From the NCBI GenBank assembly GCA_977020255.1, contig CDROCS010001100.1, positions 124,001 through 188,000 of the forward strand: a stretch of DNA of 64,000 nucleotides. Reading direction: 5' to 3'. The translations under genes and the position numbers were made by a program. Each line of letters starts with the position of its first letter. Position 1 is the first letter of the stretch. This stretch comes from Obrimoposthia wandeli. Its lineage: Eukaryota. Shown here in pieces: positions 25,301 to 37,300 of this stretch. The notes beneath the pieces are model-generated. The model saw nothing but the letters and a program-made list of their open reading frames with translations, was not told where the DNA came from and made no database searches.

Positions 25301-28300
25301 GAGAAGATTTCTCAAGAGATAAAAAAACTTTTGGATTCTTCTTATCATCATTATCCTCATCATATGTTGTCGACATCTTCTGTTTTCTTCTTATTTTCTT
25401 AGTAGCATCATCCGCAATCCATGGTGCAATCGATATTGGTGTTGTTGTGACACTGGGCTAAATGAAAATTAAATTAAAAAATACTAATAAAACAAATTAC
25501 TTTTTTAACCGGTGTCGCATCCAAGTCGACATCATCATCATCCATATCGACTAAAGGAGGCTTTATGGTCCATATTTTCTTTCCGTTTCGGGCAAAAATA
25601 ATTTTTGACATCTAAAGAAATAAAATTAAATAAAATTAAAATAAAATAAAAAAACTTACTTTTCGAATTGTGAATGAAATTGATAAATGACACTACACTG
25701 ATTGTTTATATATGGTTCACAATCAGTGTAGTTGCTGCCCTAGATGTACACGTCACACATCACGTGTGTACTTACAAACTAGGAATGCGTAATAAAGACT
25801 CTTTATTCCCTAGTTGCTACACACGTGATCATAAAGGTTAATTACGGTCAATCAATTATGAATATTTTCATAACCGATATTCACACCGTTAGAGTTTAAA
25901 TTTTTAAAAATAATTAACACCATAAATTTTCTCTTAATTAGTAGATTTTAAATCTCTTTTTAAATTTATCAAAACTCAAAATAAAATTTTTAAATTTCAA
26001 TGGGGCAGCTATTTATAAAACAAATACAATTTTGAATACAAATTTTATTAACAATCAACACAAATAAAAAACAGACATTTATATAGTTTGATCATACAAC
26101 CATAAGATACATAGTGGACCGCAATTAGTAGTCAGTGGGTTTTGAGAACGAATTTTGTTGTAATATACATGTTTTCCTTGAGACTCTACATGCTTGATAA
26201 GTTTTCCCGGATAGTATACTCCAAGAGGGTCATACACATGTACAGAATTCCGTCTCACGAATAACGCAATCCAGTGTTCTCCAGGAAGATTTGAGGTATG
26301 TGTATTGACAATATATCCCCCAGGCGTTAATGTTGGGATTTTTTCCAACGGGTATACACCCTTAAATCGCGGTCCGAGCAGCAAACTAGTTATTTCATTC
26401 ACCTGAACAGTACTTTGGATTAATAAAATCTTAAAATATAAATTAAAAACTCACTTCATACAATCACACGTCGGCCTTTAGTTATTTCAAACTCAGAATC
26501 AAAAATCCCGTAAATCAGTACGTTTGTTGGGACTGTTAATGACTTGTGAAACTTGATGTCAAGGCGTAAATTACCCTGTTTTGCTAATTGGTTTTGCGTG
26601 ATATCAAAGTCAGGGGCTAAAACAAACGTGAAAAATGGATATTTGGTTTTGAATTCATCCAGTGATACGCCATTGTTTATATTCTTATCCAAATTACCCA
26701 TATTTCTAATGATAGATTGGACATATGCAAAGGTGGTTTCACCTGTTTCAAAGTTTGTACTGTAAGATTCGTTAAAATCACTGTTTCTAGCAAGACTGAT
26801 AGTGTTAACATTAGAATGATCGAATGTTGAAGAGTCTGTAGCACCATTACCGATAAGTTTTTCACCTGCTTGCAACGTAATCAGCACAAATTTAGGCAAT
26901 TGTTCATCATCAAACACTTGATCCTTGTAAAAACTCGTAGAACCGATGGCTAAGGTATGATACATTAGCTTTCTGCGAGTATAGGGATATACAGCATTCC
27001 TAGATTCAAGACCAATATTATGTCCCATTAAAACATCATTCTCAACTCTAACTCTTCTGACTTTAAGTTTAGCTTCAATAAATATGATTCGCGCTAGAGT
27101 CGTTCCGTAGTTCAGACTAAACATAGATTTATTAGGTACAAGTCTTACCATGATAGACACACCAGGTAAGAGATACTTTGGTTGCTCAAAAATATCAGAT
27201 CGAAGAGTCCCACACAAGTCAATTTCTTTTGAGCGAGCAGCCCAACCTTTACGCTTATCATCATCATCATCATAACCTATACTCGACAAACAAGTGTCTT
27301 TAGTGTCTGTGCTATAGTTTAGTATGGTTTCAATCATAGCTTTTTGTGCATATTGAGGATGGGTTTCTACTACAGTATTGTTCATTGTTATATCTATGCT
27401 TTTTAAATAGGGAATGCATCAAGAAATTTGATGGGACCACATTATCTGCAACAGCTAGTTCTGTACCATCAGTTTTCGTTACTTTAATTTTCACAAACAA
27501 CAAGGTATCATTCAAATCTAAGTACTCAATATCTGAACCTTGAATTTTAAACAGAATCTCTGATGTTCTTGTTCCGGTAATATTGTTTGTTGGATATATA
27601 TCTTCAAAGCTACCATTACTTACAACTACCTGGGGCAAAGCTCGATCAAAAATACATAATTCAGATTTACCACAAGCCATTATTAAGCAAATATAGTACC
27701 TTGTTTTCTTCGTTTGTTTATACTAGATGCTTTCTTTCTACCACTACCCTCTTGCTTTTTAGTTTCGGGTTCAACCGTTTGTGCTGCTTCACTTGCTTTA
27801 CGTTTACGTCGATTTTTAATAATTTTAACAACAGTACCAAAAGCTTCCTTAGCCTCTGGTATGGCTCCGGCAACTTCCCCTAGTGCATGTTGTTTAAGCA
27901 TTGGTAACACAGATTTGTTGTTCATTATTACATCTTGAACTGTTTTAACTCCAACACGGCCTAATCTTTTCAGTATAGGGAATGCTAACCGCCCCAATGT
28001 TTTCAACCATCCCGAACCGTACTGTTTACCTACAAAATATGGTAATTCACCACCTTGTTGAGGTCCACTAAATGTCTCAATTATATTCATAACTGTAATG
28101 GACAACTATTTTTGAATACAGATTGTTTATACCTGATCTATACAACGGACATGTATGGTAAGGGATACTTTTGCATTGTTGGAAAAACTTATTGGAACAC
28201 CTGCATCGTTTCTAATATTAATTTCAATGTTTGAGATTACATTTGATGCTAAAGGGATATACATGGGTCTGTATATTGCGATATTAACCGTGTCTCCTGG

Positions 28301-31300
28301 TGCTTTATTTTTATCTAACCATATAGATTTTAATAAGGGTATCATTTGACCTCCAACGTTTACAGGTTCACACAGACTAGAATACAAGTACATGTGATCA
28401 AACTCGTAATTTAATCGAGGTAGTCCAGACCCGTTGCCCGTAAATCGTGATTTATCTAACCCTAATACATACATTAAACGTTGATCAAATCCAATATGCT
28501 CAATTCCATTCTTTAATACAAATTTTATTAGCTTATCATTATCATCAATATAAAATCTTTTAAATATGACGTCGCATTTAGATTTAATGTATGCTACTAA
28601 TGCATTTACATTATTATTATTTAAATCTTCTGTAAATACAATTTTCTTGTTGTATGAACCGGTTTTATAATGCATATATTGTAAATTATGTGCACTGCAA
28701 TCAGGTCTGATAGACGTTGATCCAAGTAAAACTCCTTTATCATCAGACTCGAAACCTTCTGAAGTTAATGTATTGAAAATGAATCCTAATTCATTTTTAG
28801 CGTCAGCATCCATCTTGATATAGAATTTTTTGTTGTTGACGGATTTTATTAGTACAACATTATCCTTTTTATCAATACCTACACCAACTGTGCTTAAGGA
28901 AATAGAAAGCTTTGCAATCTTATCTTTAGACGTGACGGTGAGTTTTGATATTTTATTAATTGTCTTTTTAATAACTTTTGGTTCTGATTTATCACCATGC
29001 AATTGCGGTTCTTTCTTTTCTACTTCTACTTGAGTATGAATTACTGATAAAGATATTTGATCAGTCTGTTGATTGGAGAATTTAATAGAATAATTAATTT
29101 CACTGCCCTTATTTAAAATAACAGGAGTGTTTGTGTACGTAAATTCAGTTAATGCCGCCTCCCATTTACCATTTAACGTAATTGGATTCTCCCAATCTAC
29201 AGTGAATAATGAAGCCATATTATTAGGTTGAGTTTTCGGACAACTATTACTCGGTAAAATCATATAGAAGTCTCTATCTGGCTTGCTTTGATCCATGTTG
29301 ATTCAGAATATCCATGCCACTTTACGAGATATTGTTTATTCTTACCACGGCCTTTAGATTTTACGACTTCTTGGATACGGAAAAGTGTAGGTTTATCAAT
29401 TACTTGTAGTTCAGGTTCATAAAATTTCCCTGTTATTACATTACAGTCATCATCAACTATAGAGTACATTACAGGATTTGCACGTTTGTCTATTTTCTCT
29501 ATCCTAAACACTTCATCACTCCAATTCTGATCAAAGTTTTTAATAAAGGGGCTACCACTAAACTTTGATATCCGAACATAATCACCAGTCTTATGTTTGG
29601 GTTTATTAACTTTATCGACTTGATTACGACTCAACCAAATTTCCATTGCATTTTTATCATTAATATCGACAGGTCTCAATCCGTCTAAACCTCTATGCTT
29701 ACTGTGATTGTATGAAGTCATTACTTTTGGTAAAACGTCAACCCATCTTTTATTGCCTTGTGCAATAAAATGTCTTTAATCGATCTCTCAATGTTCTATT
29801 AAACCTTTCAACTAGGGCAGCTTTGAATTGTGAAACTACAGAGTAATGTTCAATATTTAATTTTTTAAATAAACTACCTACATTTTTGTTGTAAAACTCT
29901 TTACCCTTATCAGTTTGCACATGTATGGGGACAGTTTTATCAGTCATTATACTTAGAGCAGCCTCTATATCCTTACCTGATTTAGATTTTACAGGTAATG
30001 CACGCGCATACCTTGTAAACACGTCAATACATGTTAAAATATACTTGTTACCATCATTGATACTTGCATATGGTATCATTTCCATCAAATCGGCCTGCCA
30101 TAAATCGTTAGGACCGCTTGTTCTGTATGCTCGAGTCGGGAACTTCCGCTTCATTGGCTTGTTTAGACTGTATGCTAGCTGATTGCTCAGCCATTTCTGA
30201 GTTTTCTTTTGAGTCGATTGACTTTTTAATGATAGTTTGCCAATGCCGCTGTACCCAGCTGGGTTTTCGGGATCGTACCATATCGTTTCCATTACAACAA
30301 GTGAATTTAAAATCGATGTTTGGTATGTTATTACCCATTTTGTTTATGAGTTTATCAATTTTGCAATCAAAGGAGATACTAAAGTAGCAATTATAGGTAT
30401 TAATGCACCGATAAAACCACCTTTTGTTTTAGAATTACTCTACGTTTACCAGTTTTACTTTTAGTATTCACTAAATCAAGTAAAGCTTTTTGATGTTTTC
30501 TAAGGTTATGTTTATGATTACCGATTTTTACAGTACCTTTTGTAATATTAAACAAGACTTCAACCAACTTATCAATAACAAAGGGTGGAAATGACTTGAG
30601 TATACGTTGTCTATATATGCTTGGAGCCTTGATTAAAGCCTGAAAGTAGGGAAGTATAGATTTTGATAACATGTTTAATGAATTAAACTATTTGCAATAT
30701 TGTTTATAGTTTAATCCATTTACCAACTAGTTTATTTACACGCTTTTTATCCGACTTCTTAACCGACTTTCCAACTGCTTTCTTAACAGGTTTCTTCTTT
30801 AATGGTTTCTTTTTTACAGGTTTTCTCTTTACTGTCTTTACCGATTTCTTTAATGATTCATCGACTACTTTACGTTGATGAAGCACTGATTTAATAAGAT
30901 TTTTAATATGAGCATTCTTCTTTAACATCAAATTGTTATCATTAGCGTGTAATTTATCACCCGGTCTCCATTTAGGTCCAACTCCACTAGGCATTGTTTC
31001 TTTCATAAATGACATGATTAACAAGTAGATAGGCTTTTCTTTTGTTTATATACAAAATCATTATTGAAAATATCGGTTCTCACGCGTAAATCGTCTGGAC
31101 ATTCCTGTGTAAAATCTAAAAACAAGTATCCATGAGGGTTAGTTGTAGCATCTTGAAATGCGTCAATCAAATATTGCTTATTACAAGGGAAAGCTTGACG
31201 GGCAACAAAGTCGATAACCGTTTGATCTCGCGGATTTTTAAATAATACTAGATAATGTACATTTAAATTCCGAGTACATTTTACTTTATCGGTTGAATCA

Positions 31301-34300
31301 TCATCATGTTTATAAAATCCGGCTTTTGCTAAATCATTTACAGATTGTTTCCCTTTAAAATTTATAATTAATGATCTTAATCTTTCACTTTCACGTCTAT
31401 ATTTCCAATGTAAAACTTTCATTCTAGAATAACCTACTTTTCGTCTAACTAAAACATCATCAACAGTTGTATAATGAAGTATATAATCAACTAGCATTTC
31501 AAATCATGTAAGAATAAAATTCAACTAAAATTTATTGTTTATATCAAAAGTAAAATATCAGTTATTATCAAAGTCACATCAAAGTGATAATCCAAATCCT
31601 TGAGACCGAGTATGACCACTTTCCCGCTTGCAAATATGTTGACGCACAGAGGATTGTGTTTTGTAAACCTTAAAGCAGGAAACAACTCAGGTTCGAACAT
31701 GCATGCAGCTCCACACTTTTGAGACAACTTGTATAGGTTCACCTTCTTACCTAAATCGACAGTAACCGTTACTGATTGAATACGATCAATCTTTATTCTA
31801 AATGGACACTTGAGCAAAGTTGTAGTAATAGGTTTCTTGCAACCCATTATCCTGCATGCTCCTAATAATAACTAACTAACTAACTAACATAAAAACATAC
31901 CTGAACGGAAGATTATAAGGGTATAATCCTTACACCTGTGCACGTACTGACATGGTTTCCCGGTTTTGAAGGGTAAGTGACTGATGTCTCCTTTAACTTT
32001 ACCTTTATAATTAATATTTGCAAGATTCATGATTGAATTGATGGAAATAACCCAATCTATATATAAAATTTTTAAGCTAAAGATTATCCAATCAGAATCG
32101 AGTATGATATATATATATAAGCTACCACTTTTGGTATAGAATTCATTATTTTGATATGAACTCTAAACAAACGAAATCTCTTAAGTTCGAGAAGCCACCA
32201 CCACCAACAAGGATTACAGACACAGATGTGGATACCGATGATGATGATGATGTAGTTTTTATATCAAAACCAAAGAAGCAAACTATGACAAGCAACAACC
32301 ATAAACAAACCAAGACTATCAAGATTGAGAAGCAAGCAACAAATGAGGATCTCTTTATTGATGATATAGTCTCTACACCCAAACATAAGAAACCGTTCAA
32401 CAATAAACCATCAGATGTAATATTTGAGTCTAATGATTTGAAGTACACCAAGCCGGTTATGTTTTATAACTGGCAAATGAATTTTTTGAAGACTCCAATC
32501 ATATATGGATTCATGTTTCCGGTGGCTCTGAATAAGTCAAAATACGATTTCAAGATACATAGATTAAATCCGTCAGATATTGATGATCTTAACAAAACTT
32601 TTGAGTCGATGCATCTCAACATCATAGTTGGGAATCATATAATAATTCGAGCTGATCCTAATCTTTTCAAGCGAGATCACGACTTTAATGTTGACAATAT
32701 GGGAACTGGACTCAAGTGGATGATTGTCATTTCAATACAGGGATACAAAATCAACTGTACAGGTCTTCATAAACCAATCTGGAAAATTACTGATGGACAA
32801 GTTCGCTTATAATTGTACTAATATATATTTATCGATGTTACTTTGCTTTCTTCAATATAGACTCCTACTATAAACAATAACGTTTCTTAAGATAAAAACT
32901 GCGATAGCTGTCCGGTTATGCGGGGCAGTCTAACTCCTGGAATGAGGTCGCAGTACTAAGTAAATTAAATAGTTGCAAATAAAAATTTGGGACGGTCAAT
33001 TATGTTTAATTTCAAAATTAAAATTTTTNNNNNNNNNNNNNNNNNNNNNNNNNNNNNNNNNNNNNNNNNNNNNNNNNNNNNNNNNNNNNNNNNNNNNNNN
33101 NNNNNNNNNNNNNNNNNNNNNNNNNNNNNNNNNNNNNNNNNNNNNNNNNNNNNNNNNNNNNNNNNNNNNNNNNNNNNNNNNNNNNNNNNNNNNNNNNNNN
33201 NNNNNNNNNNNNNNNNNNNNNNNNNNNNNNNNNNNNNNNNNNNNNNNNNNNNNNNNNNNNNNNNNNNNNNNNNNNNNNNNNNNNNNNNNNNNNNNNNNNN
33301 NTTTGAAATTTGAAATTTTTAAACTATATACAAATGTTACAAAATATTAACCTACATAATCGTAAGGTGACGCATAAGACCAAACAAATTTCGAGACGTA
33401 AAGTGTCGGTTCTAAAACAATAGCACACAAAGCCCCGAACAAGGCACAAGGAACAAAGCACATCTGTATGACTAATCAAATTTCAGATGTGCTTTGTTCC
33501 TTGTGCCTTGTTCGGGGGGGGGGGGGGGGCTTTGTGTGCTATTGTTTTAGAACCGACACTTTACACTTCTTTTGTTGTTCAAATAATTTTAAAATTTTTA
33601 AATGGCAAAAGAAAGCATTAATTCATTGATTTTATATATATTTAGGTCAAAGTCATATTTTTCTGAACTTTTGGGTGATACAAGACACCCTAGTAATAAC
33701 TTGAAATTTGAAATATGTTAGAGATAACTTGAATGTTTATGCTTGTCGAAAACAACAGCTATTTGATGAAACTTGATTCATTCTGTTCAGCTACTTTGCT
33801 GGAAGTTATAATTATTTTGCATACCTTCATTTTAAAGATTAACATATTTCTTCTTATTTCATTTCAATCGATGCTTGATATTGCCATATATCCAGCATTT
33901 GATATCAATACATCTTTCGTGACGCTAATATTATGTATATCCATCTGGCCCTTCCTAATTTTGATACAGGAAATCGACACCTTCAGGGATTTTTTGTTGT
34001 TGCTATGACTGCCGCCTTCTTTTTTGTCTTTTGTCCCTTTGTGGGACAATTATGACTAATAACTGTTCAGCTGCAGTTTGCACAGATGAACAAGACGCAG
34101 TCAAAATGAAGAACAAATCGGGAAGTCCCAGAATTTAGGATTCAGAAAACCCACCAAAATCTTTTAAAATGTTCGCATTGGTTTTTAGAAACATGTATGC
34201 TGGCGGCTCGCAGTAGGTGGATGTGTCCGGTCTAATCCACACCCCCCTGTCCTTTAAAACCGTGCATGTGTGTGGAGTGATATTTCACTCCACACACCTA

Positions 34301-37300
34301 CACGAAATTTCACTCCACACACATGCACGGTTTTAGAGGACAAGGGGGGGGGTTGATTTGACCGGACACATCCACTTACTGCTCGCACTCAAAATTTCGC
34401 TTCCGTCAAGCATGATCTCAACTTAAGTGATCGGCAGACATCTAAAGCTTGTTCCAGATATAAGATTGAAAATGGCCCCAAGAAATGTTATGACAGAAGA
34501 ATCATCAGCGAGATCGCTATTTCACAGTCGCGCCTGCCAACTGCGTCAATACGGAAAATCCGCAAATTGTCCAACGTCAATTACAAAGCACAGTTTTTGT
34601 CTCAAAGTTGATCAACTGATTGAAGAAGACTCTCATTTGGGATTCGTATCGGCATCGACGGGGTGAATGATGTATGGAGATCAACACGTATACTTTGGAA
34701 ACAGACAATATAACTGGTGAGATTGAGATATCTAAAGGAGGGAAAATTTATTCTCGAAATTCAGAGAGTATGGAATTATACCTATTCATATTTTGGCTAC
34801 CGTACCCGATACACAGGTAGAATTATAAAAATACAAAGCTAGGGTTGCCCTTACTCACAGAACTCTTTGTCAGTGCTGCTGATCTGAAGTTGTGCAATAT
34901 ATTGCTCGGTTTGATGGCACACGAAAGCAAGCATCCTGCAGGGAGTATCGCTCTGACAAACATTATCTCAATCAAAATGGCGACAAAAGCACAATGGATT
35001 GCTCGGATGAAACACCAAATGTTCCTGCAACGTTCTTCATCTTCTTTTACATTAGCGATTGAGTGAATGTCACCACCCAAATTGAATCCTCCCACATCGT
35101 CATGTTCATTGGGCTCCAAAATGGACTGATGTAGGTTCTTGACTGGAAGAGAGCAACTACGTAGAGGTTGTTTCGCAGGAAATAGTGCTAGACGACTTTT
35201 GAAAGGAGAAGATCTACGGAGTGCTTTAATGGAGGCGTTGAATCTTGCTACGGAATACATTTTCATCCTTATTCTAAGACGAGCGTCGAAATTGCCAAGG
35301 TAGCATACATGGAGTTAGGAGTTGTGGAAGCGCTTCACAGTTGTTCGTGGGGATCCAACCTATGGAACTGGAGCTGTCAGTGCAGTGTGGTCAAATATCA
35401 GTCGCCATATTCTCCAATCGAGCAAACTGAGTGCTAGATAACGTCCCTCATTTCAGGGTATGCTATTTATAATATTGCATCTATAAGTATACTTTATGTT
35501 TTCTATAGATGACGTTCTATCGGATTTAATACATTTCTCAGTCGAAATTGCTTTGATTTTGAAATTTTCACCGGTTTCAGTTTTAAGGACCGCCATTTTG
35601 AAAGAAATTTTTTTAACGTATTTTGAAAGCCTTAACCATTAGGAGTTGAAAAAGGGTCTCGGCAATGGTATATTTTTTCTATCTAAAACTTGGTTCCGAC
35701 TCACCGTGTTTAAAATTTCAAAACTTTCCATCATTAAGCATAAATTAGCCTTTATATCCATTTTCAAAATTATAACATCTAGTGTATCATACCATACTTC
35801 CAATTAGAAGTAGTATATAATTTATGTTTTTAAAAATTTTATTCAGGGATTCAGCTCCAATTTGTATGCCTTTTATCGCTTCCCCAACGGTACTGCAAGG
35901 ACACCAAGAGATGCAAGTGGTCTTCCTACTGTCATAAAGACAATCGGTCAATCTCGGTAAGTATTTCTTAGTCATATTAGATGTTGACTCTGAACTGGAT
36001 TTTTTTTAAATGAAAGATAGCTTTATTTATATTGAAAACGTGTTAATATTTTTCTAAAATTGCGACAATCTTAACATATTTTGTATTCTCTTCTAGAGTA
36101 GACATTTGTAATACAGTGCTCATAAATCTCCCATATAAGTTGATACACTGGTTAGAAATTAATTCTGAACAAAGTGTGAATTTCTTCAATGTGGAGAGCC
36201 TATCTACTCTAGTGGTGGGCTATTGATAGAAACTCTTGCTAAGCAAACCAATCTCCGAGGCAATGATAAAGAAATTAGAGTATTACAAAGTTCAAAAGAT
36301 CATATAATATGTATAAAATAAGGTACTATAGCGAGTAACATGCTCTAGCAGGATGCTATAAAAGGCATCACTGGAAAGTAGAGGCACGATATGGTAGTTC
36401 AAGAAGTATATGCCCTACTTAAACTTGCCCTAAAGGACGGAGATACTATTGCCATGGAGGAAACTACTACGGTCATGGATGACAGTGACAATATTCAGCG
36501 AGCAAGACCAGATATTTCGGTAAAAAGTGGAAATTGAAGTTCCCTTCGACAGTAATATGAGTCAAAATAATAGTTGCAGCAAAGCAATGGACAAATATCA
36601 AAATCTAGTTGAGACTACGCGGAAAGATAATAGTGACAAAATCGTAGAATTCTATGTCATTAGAGTAGGGACCCTCGAGTTCTGGAAAACCGACAACAAC
36701 CAACTTTTCCAGGCCTACAAATATTCAGCTGTAGAAAGAAAAAAGATTAAAATACGAATCGCAAGTAAAGTCATAGAACATACTTGTGCCCAGTGGAATT
36801 TTTTTAGACTTCGTGGAGTTTCAGAAACTGTCGATACAATACCTGATCGAGTAGATGCTCTGACTGCCGACAAGTTGGAGAGGATTGAAAAGTGGATGTA
36901 TGTATTATGAAAATAAATTACCAAATAAAATTTCTGACCTATACCTTTTGAAGAAATTGAAATTCCAGAAAATATAATATTTACTTTTTCCATACCCTGG
37001 AATTAATCAGAAAATGCAGTCACAACCCGGGAAACCACCAAACAGTGTCGCAAAACAATCTCCCTGGAGATTCATCGGTCCTACATGAAGTAAAAGACAC
37101 CTTACGGTTTATTGCTATAGGGAATTTAATACTCTGCATGTGTTTGCTAGGATTATAGTTTTCTTTTCTTTTTATATATATATTTGAATGACAATTAAAT
37201 AAAGAAAGTTTTGGATTAAGTGTATTATTTTATTATAAGTTGTTAATTTTCAATTAGTATACAAAGAAAGGTCCATATTGACCGCTAATCTTTATATGAA

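Larger units (their letters stand above)
17928..33570 (-). mobile_element. Polinton/Maverick (adintovirus-like) self-synthesising DNA transposon/endogenous virus
   Basis: 6-bp TSD TTTGTT (17922-17927, 33571-33576); ends AGAAGT...ACTTCT; ~550-bp TIRs; pPolB, retroviral-like integrase, MCP, penton, adenain-like protease and ATPase remnant. Confidence 0.97.

Noticed and set aside
25172-25402. + strand 64-aa ORF and minus-strand 63-aa ORF
   Set aside because: Shadows of the spliced minus-strand 120-aa gene, which has splice sites, an ATG and a promoter.
20839-30430. Programmed ribosomal frameshifting as the explanation for the split genes
   Set aside because: There are too many sites, in both directions, inside conserved domains and without a consistent slippery heptamer; duplicate copies differ in run length.
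32898-32990. Assignment of the TIR motif to pistol, twister, HDV or hammerhead ribozymes
   Set aside because: UUAAAUAGUUGC downstream resembles pistol but lacks its P1/pseudoknot and is absent from the internal copy; no CUGAUGA/GAAA core; loop too short for the HDV nested pseudoknot; twister L4/L1 pairing not conserved between copies.
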